Assembly: GCF_963921235.1 (NCBI RefSeq) | Contig: NC_086108.1 | Location: forward strand, 73,162,001 to 73,226,000 | Source of the DNA: Mobula hypostoma | Lineage: Eukaryota | Reading direction: 5' to 3' | Length of the DNA: 64,000 nt | Shown: positions 25,559-39,249 of the stretch, piece by piece | How positions within the stretch are numbered: position 1 is the first letter of the stretch | How the letters are laid out: each line of letters opens with the position of its first letter | Translations under genes and position numbers: made by a program | The notes under the pieces: generated by a model | The model's database searches: none | The model's input: the letters and a program-made list of their open reading frames with translations, nothing else | Told to the model about the DNA's origin: nothing

Positions 25559-27377
25559 AACGGAGCAGGCAATAGAGGAGCAGGCGACGGAGTAGTGGGA
25601 GACAGAGTAGGAAGGCTTTGGCTCAAGAGGCTTCGGTGAGCAGAGGCTGAGGACGAGCTTGCTCCCAGTGAGGCAAGGCAGGGTAAGTTCCTTTAATTAA
25701 TCTAATTAACTTAGGAGAAGGTAATGGAGGCAGCAGTTAGGGCAGTTGAGTACTCTGTTTGCAGAATGTGGGAAGTCAGGGCGAGCACAATTGTCCCTGA
25801 TGACTACACCTGTAAAAGGTGCATCCAGCTGCATCTCCTGACAAACTGAGTTAGGGAACTGGAGCTGGAGCTGGATAAACTTCGGATCATTTGTGAGGCA
25901 GAGGCTGAAATAGACAGGAGTTTCAGGGAGATAGTCGCCCCTAAAAATCAGGATGCAGGTAGCTGGGTGACTATCAGAAGAGGGAAGGGGAATAGAGAGA
26001 AAGAGCAGAGCACCCTTGTGGTCGTTCCCATCAACAATAAGTATACCGTTTTGGATACTGTTGGTGGGGATGACCTACCAGGGACAAGTTGCAGTGGTCG
26101 CGTCTCTGGCACCGAGACTGGACCCTCAGCTCAGAAGGAGAGGAGGGAAAAGAGAAGAGCAGTAGTGATTGGGGATTCGATAGCTAGGGGGACAGATAAG
26201 AGGTTCTGTGGGAGAGATTGAGAATCCCGGATGGTCTGGTGCCAGGGTCCGCGATATCTCGGATCGAGTTCTCGGTATTCTCAGGAGGGGGGGATGAGCA
26301 GCCAGATGTTGTGGTCCATGTAGAGACCAATGACGTGGATACGAAGGAGGAAGAGGTCCTGCAAAGAGAATTTAGGGAGTTAGGTGCAAAGTTGAAGGAC
26401 AGGACGTCCAGGGTTGCAATCTCAGGATTGCTACCCGTGCCACGTGCTAGAAATAGGAGGATAATGCAGCTAAATACGTGGCTAAGGAGTTGGTGCAAGA
26501 GGGAGGGATTCATGTTTCTGGACAATTGGGCCTTTTTCCAGGGAAGGTGGGACTTGTTCCAATGGGACGGGTTGCATCTGAACTGGAGGGGGACTAACAT
26601 CCTTGCAGAAAAGTTTGCTAGCGCTGCTCCGGGGGGTTTAAACTAGATTTGCAGGGGGAGGGGAACCAGAGTGTTAGAGCAGATAGTGAGGTGGAGGAGG
26701 ATAAAGGTCATGCGAGAACTGCAAGTATAGTGCATGGAGTAAAGCCAGATCTAACATATAAAGAGGCTTTGAGGAAAGAGAAGCAGAATAAAGGGTGTAA
26801 AGGTAGTAAGGTAGAAGGGCTAAAGTGTGTGTACTTCAATGCAAGAAGCATCAGGAACAAAGGTGATGAACTGAGAGCTTGGATTCATACATAGAATTAT
26901 GATGTAGTGGCCATTACAGAGACTTGGCTGGCACCAGGGCAGGAATGGATTCTCAACATTCCTGGATTTCAGTGCTTTAAAAGGGATTGGGGGGGTGGGA
27001 GAAGGGGAGGAGGGGTGGCATTACTGCTCAGGGATACTATTACAGCTACAGAAAGGATGGGTAATGTAGCAGGATCCTCTTTTAAGTCAATATGGGTGGA
27101 AGTCAGGAACAGGAAGGGAGCAGTTACTCTATTGGGAATATTCTATAGGCCCGCTGGTAGCAGCAGAGATACCATGGAGCAGATTGGGAGGTAGATCTTG
27201 GAAAGGTGCAAAAATAACAGGGTTGCTAACATGGGTGACTTTTACTTCCCTAATATTGATTGGCACCTGATTAGTTCCAATGGTTTAGATGGCACAGAGT
27301 TTGTTAAGTGTGTCCAGGACGGATTCCTGTCACAGTATGTTGACAGGCCGACTAGGTGGAATGCCATACGAGGTCTA

Positions 27378-27572
27378 CAAACGCCATTTCCAGAAAAGTT
27401 GGGATATTTTCCAAAATGCAATAAAAACAAAAATCTGTGATATGTTAGTTCACGTGAACTTTTATTTAACTGACAAAATTACAAAGAAAAGATTTTCAAT
27501 AGTTTTACTGACCAACTTAATTGTATTTTGTAAATATACACAAATTTAGAATTTTTCTGGAAATAGGGTTTG
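27378..27572. mobile_element. Tc1/mariner MITE inserted in CR1 ORF2
   Basis: TIRs CAAACGCCATTTCCAGAAAA / TTTTCTGGAAATAGGGTTTG, TA on both sides. CR1 sequence is continuous when it is removed. Confidence 0.85.
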
Positions 27573-28649
27573 TAGTATTAGGTAACGAACCAGGTTAGGT
27601 CACAGATTTCTCAGTGGGTGAGCATCTGGGGGACAGTGACCACCGCTCCCTGGCCTTTAACATTATCATGGAAAAGGATAGAATCAGAGAGGACAGGAAA
27701 TTTTTTAATTGGGGAAGGGCAAATTATAAAGCTATAAGGCTAGAACTTACAGGTGTGAATTGGGATGATGTTTCTCCAGGGAAATGTACTATTGACACGT
27801 GGTCGATGCCTAGGGATCTCTTGCAGGATGTTAGGGATGTTAGAAAGAAAAAGAATGGGAGGGTGAAGGAACCATGGGTGACAAGTGAGCTGGAAAATCT
27901 AGTCAGGTGGAAGAAGGCAGCATACGTGAGGTTTAGGAAGCAAGGATCAGATGGGTTTATTGAGGAATATAGGGTAGCAAGAAAGGAGCTTAAGAAGGGG
28001 CTGAGGAGAGCAAGATGGGGGCATGAGAAGGCCTTGGCGAGTAGGGTAAAGGAAAACCCCAAGGCATTCTTCAATTATGTGAAGAACAAAAGGATGTCAG
28101 GAGTGAAGGTAGGACCGATTAGAGATAAAGGTGGGAAGATGTGCCTAGAGGCTGTGGAAGTGAGCGAGGTCCTTAATGAATAATTCTCTTTGGTATTCAC
28201 CAATGAGAGGGAACTTCATGACGGTGAGGACAATAGGAGTGAGTCCCAGGGCCTGACAGAATATCCCCAGGCTGTTCCATGAGGTGATGGAAGAGATTGC
28301 TGAGCCTCTGGCTAGGATCTTTATGTCCTCATTGTCCATGGGAATGGTACTGGAGAATTGGTGGAAGGCGAATGTTGTCCCCTTGTTCAAAAAAGTTAGT
28401 AGGGATAGTTTGGGTAATTATAGACTAGTGAGCCTTACGTCTGTGGTGGGAAAGCTGTTGGAAAAGATTCTTAAAGATAGGATCTCTTGGCATTTAGAGA
28501 ATCATGGTCTGATCAGGGACAGTCAGCATGGCTTTGTGAAGAGCAGGTCATGTCTGACAAGCCTGATAGAGTTCTTGGAGGAAGTGACCAGGCATATAGA
28601 TGAGGGTAGTGCTGTGGATGTGATCTACATGGATTTTAGTAAGACATTT

Positions 28650-31600
28650 ACATAGAAACATAGAAACATAGAAAATAGGTGCAGGAGTAGGCCATTCGGC
28701 CCTTCGAGCCTGCACCGCCATTTATTATGATCATGGCTGATCATCCAACTCAGAACCCCGCCCCAGCCTTCCCTCCATACCCCCTGATCCCCATAGTGAC
28801 AAGGGCCATATCTAACTCCCTCTTAAATATAGCCAATGAACTGGCTTCAACTGTTTCCTGTGGCAGAGAATTCTACAGATTCACCACTTTCTGTGTGAAG
28901 AAGTTTTTCCTAATCTCGGTCCTAAAAGGCTTCCCCTGTATCCTCAAACTGTGACCCCTTGTTCTGGACTTCCCCAACATTGGAAACAATCTTCCTGCAT
29001 CTAGCCTGTCCAATCCCTTTAGGATTTTATACGTTTCAATCAGATCCCCCCTCAATCTTCTAAATTCCAACGAGTACAAGCCCAGTTCATCCAGTCTTTC
29101 TTCATATGAAAGTCCTGCCATCCCAGGAATCAATCTGGTGAACCTTCTTTGTACTCCCTCTATGGCAAGGATGTCTTTCCTCAGATTAGGGGACCAAAAC
29201 TGCACACAATACTCCAGGTGCGGTCTCACCAAGGCCTTGTACAACTGCCGTAGTACCTCCCTGCTCCTGTACTCGAATCCTCTCGCTATAAATGCCAGCA
29301 TACCATTCGCCTTTTTCACCGCCTGCTGTACCTGCATGCCCACTTTCAATGACTGGTGTATAATGACACCCAGGTCTCGTTGCACCTCCCCTTTTCCTAA
29401 TCGGCCACCATTCAGATAATAATCTGTTTTCCTATTTTGCCACCAAAGTGGATAACTTCACATTTATCCACATTAAATTGCATCTGCCATGAATTTGCCC
29501 ACTCACCCAACCTATCCAAGTCACCCTGCATCCTCTTAGCATCCTCCTCACAGCTAACACTGCCACCCAGCTTCGTGTCATCCGCAAACTTGGAGATGCT
29601 GCATTTAATTCCCTCATCCAAGTCATTAATATATATTGTAAACAACTGGGGTCCCAGCACTGAGCCTTGCGGTACCCCACTAGTCACCGCCTGCCATTCT
29701 GAAAAGGTCCCGTTTATTCCCACTCTTTGCTTCTTGTCTGCTAACCAATTTTCCATCCACATCAATACCTTACCCCCAAAACCGTGTGCTTTAAGTTTGC
29801 ACACTAATCTCTTGTGTGAGACCTTGTCAAAAGCCTTTTGAAAATCCAAATATACAACATCCACTGGTTCTCCCCTATCCACTCTAATAGTTACATCCTC
29901 AAAAAATTCTATGAGATTCGTCAGACATGATTTTCCTTTCACAAATCCATGCTGACTTTGTCCGATGATTTCACCGCTTTCCAAATGTGCTGTTATCACA
30001 TCTTTGATAACTGACTCCAGCAGTTTCCCCACCACCGACGTTAGGCTAACCGGTCTATAATTCCCCGGTTTCTCTCTCCCTCCTTTTTTAAAAAGTGGGG
30101 TTACATTAGCCACCCCCCAATCCTCAGGAACTAGTCCAGAATCTAACGAGTTTTGAAAAATTATCACTAATGCATCCACTATTTCTTGGGCTACTGCCTT
30201 AAGCACTCTAGGATGCAGACCATCTGGCCCTGGGGATTTATCTGCCTTCAATCTCTTCAATTTACCTAACACCACTTCCCTACTAACATGTATTTCGCTC
30301 AGTTCCTCCATCTCACTGGACCCTCTGTCCCCTACTATTTCTGGAAGATTATTTATGTCCTCCTTAGTGAAGACAGAACCAAAGTAATTATTCAATTGGT
30401 CTGCCACGTCCTTGCTCCCCATAATCAATTCACCTGTTTCTGTCTGTAGGGGACCTACATTTGTCTTTACCAGTCTTTTCCTTTTTACATATCTATAAAA
30501 GCTTTTACAGTCAGTTTTTATGTTCCATGCCAGTTTTCTCTCATAATCTTTTTTCCCCTTCCTAATTAAGCCCTTTGTCCTCCTCTGCTGAAATCTGAAT
30601 TTCTCCCAGTCCTCAGGTGAGCCACTTTCTCTGGCTAATTTGTATGCTTCTTCTTTGGAATTGATACTATCCCTAATTTCCCTTGTCAGCCACGGGTGCA
30701 CTACCTTCCTTGATTTATTCTTTTGCCAAACTGGGATGAACAATTGTTGTAGTTCATCCATGCAACCTTTAAATGCTTGCCATTGCATATCCACCGTCAA
30801 TCCTTTAAGTGTCATTTGCCAGTCTATCTTAGCTAATTCACGTCTCCTACCTTCAAAGTTACCCCTCTTTAAGTTCAGAACCTTTGTTTCTGAATTAACT
30901 ATGTCACTCTCCATCTTAATGAAGAATTCCACCATATTATGGTCACCCTTACCCAAGGGGCCTCTCACGCTGGTGGGAGTTGTGTACAGGCCACCTAACT
31001 GTAATTAACCCTTCCTCATTGCTCAAAACCCAGTCCAGAATAGCCTGCTCTCTAGTTGGTTCCTCGACATGTTGGTTCAAAAAACCATCCCTCATACATT
31101 CCAAGAAATCCTCTTCTGCAGCACCTTTACCAATTTGGTTCACCCAGTCTACATGTAGATTGAAGTCACCCATTATAACTGCTGTTCCTTTATTGCACAC
31201 ATTTCTAATTTCCTGTTTAATACCATCTCCAACCTCACTACTACAGTTAGGTGGCCTGTACACAACTCCCACCAGCGTCTTCTGCCCCTTAGTGTTACGC
31301 AGCTCTACCCATATCGATTCCACATCTTCCCGGCTTATGTCCTTCCTTTCTATTGCGTTAATCTCTTCTTTAACCAGCAACGCCACCCCACCTCCCCTTC
31401 CTTCATGTCTATCCCTCCTGAATATTGAATATCCCTGAATGTTGAGCTCCCATCCTTGGTCACCCTGGAGCCATGTCTCTGTGATCCCAACTATATCATA
31501 ATCATTAATAACAATCTGCACTTTCAATTCATCCACCTTATTACAAATGCTCCTTGCATTGACACACAAAGCCTTCAGGCGCTCTTTTACAACTCTCTTA

Positions 31601-31689
31601 GCCCTTATACAATTATGTTGAAAAGTGGCCCTTTTTAATTCTTGCCCTGGATTTGTCTGCCTGCCACTTTTACTTTTCTCCTTACTACT
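28650..31689 (-). mobile_element. Young CR1 LINE (ORF2 nearly complete) nested antisense in the older CR1
   Basis: ORFs 30949..31698 (APE), 29412..30968 (RT, KFADD) and 28873..29385. (TTTCTATG)n tail at 28651-28675. TSD ATTT at 28646-28649 and 31690-31693. Confidence 0.95.
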
Positions 31690-32867
31690 ATTTGACAAGG
31701 TTCCACATGGTAGGCTTATTCAGAAAGTCAGAAGGCATGGGATCCAGGGAAGTTTGGCCAGGTGGATTCAGAATTGGCTTGCCTGCAGAAAGCAGAGGGT
31801 CGTGGTGGATGCAGTACATTCAGATTGGAGGATTGTGACTAGTGGTGTCCCACAAGGATCAGTTCTGGTACCTCTACTTTTCCTGAATTTTTATTAATGA
31901 CCTGGATGTGGGGGTAAAAGGATGGGTTGGCAAGTTTGCAGACAACTCAAAAGTTGATGGTGTGGTGGATAGTGTAGAGGATTGTCGAAGATTGCAGAGA
32001 GACATTGATAGGATGTAAAAGTGGGCTGAGAAGTGGCAGATGGAGTTCAACCCGCAGAAGTGTTGAGGTGGTACACTTTGGAAGGACAAACTCCAAGGCA
32101 GAGTACAAAGTAAATGGCAGGATACTTGGTAGTGTGGAGGGGTAGAGGGATCTGGGGGTACATGTCCACAGATCCCTGAAAGTTGCCTCACAGGTAGATA
32201 GGGTAGTTAAGAAATCTTATGGGGTGTTAGCTTTCATAGGTCGAGGGATAGAGTTTAAGAGTCGCGATGTAGTGATGCAGCTCTATAAAACTCTGGTTAG
32301 GCCACACTTGGAGTACTGTGTCCAGTTCTGGTTGTCTCACTATAGGAAGGATGTGGAAGCATTAGAAAGGGTACAGAGGAGACTTACCAGGATGCTGCCT
32401 GGTTTAGAGATTATGCATTATGATCAGAGATTAAGGGAGCTAGGGCTTTACTCTTTGGAGAGAAGGAGGATGAGAGGAGACATGATAGAGGTGTACAAGA
32501 TATTAAGAGGAATAGATAGAGTGGACAGCCAGCGCCTCTTCCCCAGGGCACCACTGCTCAATACAAGAGGACATGGCTTTAAGGTAAGGGGTGGGAAGTT
32601 CAAGGGGGATATCAGAGGAAGGTTTTTTACTCAGAGAGTGGTTGGTGTGTGGAATGCACTGCCTGAGTCAGTGGTGGAGGCAGATACACTTGTGAAGTTT
32701 AAGAGACTACTAGACAGGTATATGGAGGAATTTAAGGTGGGGGGGGTCATATGGGAGGCAGGGTTTAAGGGTCGGCACAACATTGTGGGCTGGAGGGCCT
32801 GTACTGTGCTGTACTATTCTATGTTCTCTGTTCTAATAGTGTATTCCGTTCTAGTTGCTTCATTTTT

Positions 32868-33350
32868 GGAAGCTTTAGAGAGGGTACAGAGACCTACCAG
32901 TCTGCTGGCTGAATTAGAGAAAATGTCTTAAGAGGAGAGGTTGAGCAAGCTAGCGTTTTTTCTCTTTAGAGTGAAGGAGGATGAGAGGTGACTTGATAGA
33001 GGTGTACAAGATAATAAGAGGCATAGATAGAGTGGATGGCCTGAGGTTGGAAATAGCTAATATGAAAGGGCATAGCTTTTCAGGTATTTGGAGGAAAGTA
33101 CAGGAGGATGTCTGAAGTAAGTTATTTTTACACAGAGAGTGGTGAATGCGTGGAATGCCCTGCCAGGGGTGCTGGTAAATGCAGACACATTAGGGATATT
33201 TAAGAAACTCTTAGATAGGCACATGGATGTCAGAAAAATGGAGGGCCTTGTGGGAGGGTAGGGTTAGATTGATCTTGCTGCAAATTAAAATGTCAGCACA
33301 ACCTTGTGGGCTGAAGGGACTGTACTGTGCTGTACTGTTCTATGTTCTGT
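32868..33350 (+). mobile_element. CR1 3' fragment
   Basis: Repeats the CR1 3' end and ends in ctgtactgttctatgttct. Confidence 0.8.
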
Positions 33351-33779
33351 ATATCCAGAGACTGTGATCTGTCTGCTCTGCATTCTTACATTAATCATTA
33401 CATAGGTTATTGTTCTTCATAGGCAGCCTCTCCGATCATATTGTGTGGATTCTAAGATAGCTGAAGCACCTTAGTTGGGATCCATAAGCTCTGCCAAAAA
33501 GGAGAAAGTGCCTCTTGATCAGGTCAGGAGATGAATAGTTTGGAACGTAGTGCATTCCTTCCACTGTTTGTGCATGGCTTTTGCGATTGGCCATCAAAGA
33601 TGTTCCTTAACATCATTGAGTGGTTATGGGCCGGTGATCCCATGAGACAGTAAAGATTTTACACTTTCTTAGGACACTGTGAGAATGCTGATGAAGCATT
33701 TTCTCTATCTTCTTAGAAATAATTGGTGTAAACATCACCAATAGCCTACCCTGACCAACGATGTTTATGTCACAGAATA

Positions 33780-34350
33780 GAAAGCTCATCAGTGCCTCTT
33801 AATTCCTAAGGGGACTAAAGAAATTCAGCGTGTCCTATTGACTGCTACCAATATTTATTGAAAGCACTCTGCTTGGATGCATAATGGCTTGGTACGCCAA
33901 CTGCTCTCATGCGACCAAAAGAAACTGCAGAGAGTTGCGAACATAACTCAGCACGTCATGGGAAACTCTCAATGGGATCTATCCATTCTTCTCGCTGCCT
34001 CAGTAAATCAGCCAGCCTAATCAAAGACCCCAACCACCCTCTTCGCCCCTCTCTCACTGGGCAGAAGGCACAATTATTTGAAAGTACATACCACACTGGC
34101 TCAAGGACAACTTCTATCTCACTGTTGTCAGACCCTTGACAATACGATGGACTCTCGTTCTCAAATCTACCTTATTATGATCTTTATTGTTCACCTGCAC
34201 TGCACTATTTTGGTAACTTTAACACTTTATTCAGCATTGTCATTGTTTTAGCTCAGTCATGCTCAATGCATTGATATGATCTGATCTGTATTAACAGTAT
34301 GCAAGGGAAGTTTTTCATTGTATCTTGGTAAGTATGACAATAATAAACCA
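33780..34350 (+). mobile_element. Rex1-like LINE 3' fragment
   Basis: Decayed WYxNC..KKLQ..IKDPxHP motifs, as in ORF 10888..12126. Confidence 0.6.
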
Positions 34351-37300
34351 CTACTAATATCTATAGAGCAAAGTCACTCTGTAAAGTCTTAGAGAAGTAC
34401 AGCAAGCAGCAAGCCCTATGGTCCATTTAGTCCATGCTGAAACCATTTAGACAGTTTACTCCCATCGACCTGCACCAGAACTGTAGACTTCCATACCCCT
34501 ACTATCCAATTACCTAGCCAATCTTTTCTTAAACATTGAAATGGAGCTCGCACACACCACTTGTGTTGAGTATGCAGACAATGCTGATCAACCACTGGAT
34601 ATGGTGCATTATGACAAGAACAGAGTCTGGAACGTAAACACGGAAGAGGGCACTGATGCTGGCCTAATCCACCAATGGTTTAGGATAATTTTAAGACACC
34701 ATGTAACTAGTATTTGTCCAATACTTTGAGGTGCCTGCTGTAGGCTTTCCATAATTTCAAGGGTTATTGAATTTGGTGCTGGATTTGAGGGCTTAGACTT
34801 TGAATGTCCTTTTTCACAAACACAGAAAGCTGAGCTAGTTCAACAGAGGCCTTTAAAAATTCTGTCATTAATGCTTGTCCTGGCTGAGAAATGAATCCTG
34901 ATGGATGGTGACTGATCCATATTTTTATTGTTCTTGATTGTTGGGAGCATTTTGCAGTGCAGGCAGGTTGATAGAAGATCTTTGCCTTCACAACATTTAC
35001 CATGAGACCTATCCTTTCATTCACTTTATTGAAGAAGCCATTGCTGCCCAAGACCACAGGTTGGGTGATCTTGGTGTTTGAAGGGAGATGATGAAGGTTG
35101 GGTTTCATTATTTTAGCTCATTGCCAGTTTATTAGAGGTAGGGTGCAGTATCTCAGCGAGGAAGGATGAAAAGAGGATTGGACAGAAAGTTGTTTGATAC
35201 AACTCTGCACTGTGATTGGGTCTCTGGTGGGTCTGTTGCTCAGGGTCACATTTCATATTGCTGCTGCAGAATGGTAATACATTTCTGCAGAGAACCAGAT
35301 TTGAGAAAGATTCTCATTAATTTTTCTGTATTGACAAGAATTGAATGCATATACTACACTATGCCAGATTTGAGTCTGAGTAATTGTGAACATCTGCACA
35401 TCAAACACCATTTTTGTCCTCAAACATCATCAGTAGTACCCAAATAATAGGCACTATCAACTCTATGTTGCAATTATAATTTTTCGTATTCCTGTATATA
35501 ATATTACTGAACACTAAAACTTTATAATGAACTAAGTATTAGAAAGAGCAAAGTAACCAATATTTGGATAAGCACATTAGGAATCCTAGTTCAATATTAT
35601 AACAGCATATAATTATACCTCAATCTTCGGTTTCGGTCTTTATACCATGCTTCCCACAATTCTCAGAACCAAATTCATACAATTATCTTTTAACAACAGT
35701 TAATTTTAATAAATGATATTTTATTTTATTCCTTCCCATTGGCATTCATTGCATTGCTCTTAAATGTTGCTGTCTATTCACTAACACTACCCATTAACTA
35801 AAATTACTGCAGAGGAAGATGCTAAATTAGCACATTTCAGTCCTCATTTTGGCAAGCTGTAGCATTACAGATGATGTCCCCTGCTTCAAGTACATTTCGT
35901 CGCAGGAAATTAAAAAGGTCTATGTGCAGGACTGGCTTCCAAAAATAATTCTCCAGTGCAGGTAATACAAAACCACTCCTCTGAAAAGGCTCCTTGAGTT
36001 GTCCTGCACATTGGTTTCATTTACATCAGGAAAAGGTGATCATCCAATTTTGTCGTGCAAATGAAAACTACTGTGTACTGCCAGACCACTGCGGTTAAGA
36101 CATCCCATCTACAGTTCTCTGTTATGTTCACATTGCTCTTTTTCTTCCACGCTGAAAAAAAGCCAGATCAAACTTCCATATTGGAAAGCAGTTTAAACCA
36201 GCTGAAGAGAGATAGTAAATATTGAATTATGGGACGTTTGTGCAAGGGCAAAATACATTGCAACTTAAATACTTCTGTGTGGATATATATGACACAGAAC
36301 ATACTATAAGGTCTTTGATTCTGCAGTATCCTTATTTTCTGCATACAAGTGAATTCTTCTCAGTTTTATCATTAAGCCCCTTTCCCTACCACCACACAGA
36401 GCCCCGATAGTGCATAATTATCTATCTTAAATTTATTAATGCAAACCTTACAAAAAAAGTTTTTAAATTTCAAATTTTAAATCATTTTTGGTCCTACTCT
36501 CCTCTTTCAAAGCCTTATTTGTAATTAGGTATACTGCCTCTCAAGGAATTTACAGCTTTCTTATTGCACTGAATACAAAATGCTTTATCAGCAGAATATA
36601 TAATACATCATCGTTCGGATGTTTTAAATGGAAAAGATTAACTTAAATAACTAAAGTAAATAGAAACAGTGTAAAGAAGAGGCTGGGTAGCGACACAATT
36701 TATTTCAGGAATAATGCAGAATGAAACTAGGCACTGCTTAGAATAAGTCTAATTTCAATTGTCCTGTTATCGGGAAAATGTGCAGTCTGCCAGTTGAAAA
36801 CAAATATGTTAGGATTTTGGCAAGATTATTCCTTTTGATAAGTATAATTAATTTCAACAAGAATAATAGCTGACAGCTAGCATTAAAAATATGATTTAAC
36901 CTGGTTTGTAAACAAGCAAGAATAGGGGCAGGTCATTAACTATTGAGCCTTGTTGTCATTGAAAGTTTTCTTCATACCATTTTCAGTTTGAATTGCCAAA
37001 CTTTTATCATTTATTTATATATAATATAAACCTTTCTTCTTTCACAGCATTACCTTCTCAGTAGTCATTTCCCTTTAAACTTTGAAATGAATCCACAATA
37101 ATGAGCTCTTATTATAATTTATGAGAATTAAGTTTGCATACTGTTCTTTCAAGATCTGATATGGTAGTAAATTTTCACTTCTCTCCACCTGTTGTAATGC
37201 TTCTTAGTGACATGAGATTGCACATTCTTAGCCAAGATTTTAATGATGTTTTCCACACAACTTTCCAGCATTCATAGCAGTCGACACTAGTGTAGACCAA

Positions 37301-37699
37301 TGGAAAAAATAAAATAAACATAACAGAATCGTTCCTCCAGTATTGGAACAAAATCAAGCCTTTGGAAGAAAGTGTGGTTCATTCCCTATAATTTGGCCAG
37401 AAAGAGTTGATACTTTACACCTCCAGCACTGATACTTCCCACAGTCAACAGCACTAAAAATATAATGAAAAATTAACTAGATATAATTTTGTGCAGATAA
37501 ATAGTGACACTCTTCAAATACATAAAGCTGTCCCTCACAATTTATTCTCATTGTTATTTGTGGAACTTTGCTATATGCAGATTGGCTGCTTACCAATTCC
37601 TTTACATATTATTTCCCTGCCCTTCAGGGCTACAGCAGTCAAATAGTCACACAGCATAGAAGAGGCCATTAAACCCTTCACTTCCGTGCTGACCTATAT

Positions 37700-38245
37700 T
37701 CAGAGACCCCTTTATTGGGTACCCCCTGTACTTAATAAAGTGGCCACTGACTGTAGGTTCATAGTCTTATGCTGCTGTAGCCCATCCACTTCAAAGATTG
37801 ACGTTATGTGCATTCAGAGATGCTCTTCTGCACACTACTGTTGCCACGCCTGGTTATCTACATTACTATCCTTCCTGTCAGCTTAAACCAGTCTAGCCAT
37901 TCACCTCTGACCTCTCTCATTAACAAGGCATTTTCACCCTCAGAACTGCCGCTCACTGGATGTTTTTTTGTTTTTTGCACCATCCTCTGTAAACTTTAGA
38001 GACTGTTGTGCGTGAAAATCCCCGGAGATCAGCAGATTCTAAGATACACCAATGACCCCCACGGCTCCAAAAATCCTCCAACAGTCAAAGTCATCTCGAT
38101 CATATCTCTTCCCCATTATGTTGTTTGCTCTGAAGAACAACTGAACCTCTTGACCATGTCTGCATGCTTTTATGCACTGAGTTGCTGACACATGACTAAA
38201 TATTTGCATTATTGAGCAGGTGTACATAATAAAGTGGCTACTGGG
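37700..38245. mobile_element. Tc1-like DNA transposon fragment
   Basis: Repeated TAATAAAGTGGC(C/T)ACTG terminal-type motif at about 37733 and 38227. Confidence 0.5.
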
Positions 38246-39249
38246 TCTATTTGCCCATCTACATGCATGAGAACCAAACCCTTGTGTACAAGATCTCATA
38301 TTTGTGCTGATGTGTATCCAGTTACAGTTTCATCAATAAGAGGACAAACAGGTCCATAGCTTAATGCCTTGTGAGGAATACAGTAGCCAGGAGATTAATT
38401 AGCATAAACATGATATTCTTATGTCCCTTGCAATTAAATTGTCATTTGACATTTTAGTTCACATGCATTAATGGGCAAGAAACACTGATGTACAAAGACA
38501 GTAATTGCGCAGTAATGTTTGATTTTGCTACTGCTAAATTGGACTGTGGCCACACAACAAAGAAAAACCTGAGTGACAAACAGAAAAGCAGAGCCGAACG
38601 GAAAGAAGCAGGTAAGCTGCAACATAAAGGGTTATTGGAAAACCCGTTACAAAAAAACAGTTTGGATACAACAACGGACCAGGTTTCTGATTATTATTCA
38701 GGTGTGGTCTTCTGGACTGTTGGGAGAAATGCAGCTGGTGACTGTTCTAAACATCTCCCTGGGGCATTACCTCTGCCATCATGATCTCCAACCCAGTTAT
38801 GAAGAAACAGGGTGACTGCAAAAACTACCTCCTTCAGGGTCACCACTCTAGTATTAATCAAACAGTTCACTGCAGTGAGCCCATCTCACCTCTGGAACAA
38901 AGTTTAAATTCACAAGATTCAGTCAGAGGCGAGAGAGTTACTTCCAAACCAATACCAATACTTAAAAAAGTGAGAACAAGTAAAATAAAAATAAAGGAAA
39001 ATAGTTCATGAGAAAAATTGGCACTAATTCTATAATTTATGGACATGGAGAGAAAACGTAAGCTGAGTTACTAACTTACATCAACTGAAAACAATTTGCA
39101 GAATTTCTGTGTTTTTAGATTAAATTTTCAGAACTTCACAATTTCAAATTTTTCTCAGAATACTACTATAAATAAATATTGCACTTCTCATAATATTTCT
39201 CAAATCAACATTAAATTGTGAAAGATTGTATCATTCTTAACCAAGATTT

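Larger units (their letters stand above)
25163..32835 (+). mobile_element. Near full-length CR1 LINE (5' monomer array, SGNH-esterase ORF1, APE-RT ORF2), interrupted by a Tc1 MITE and a nested CR1
   Basis: ORF1 remnants VVIGDS and WDGLHLN (25967-26646). APE motifs YFNARSI, AITETW, GDF. RT motifs QHGF and SGVPQGS, resuming at 31690. ORF 32224..32931. 3' tail TTCTATGTTCT at about 32817-32834. Confidence 0.92.

Noticed and set aside
35860..38960. Several short exon-like segments on both strands
   Set aside because: Inconsistent strand and phase and no recognised protein.
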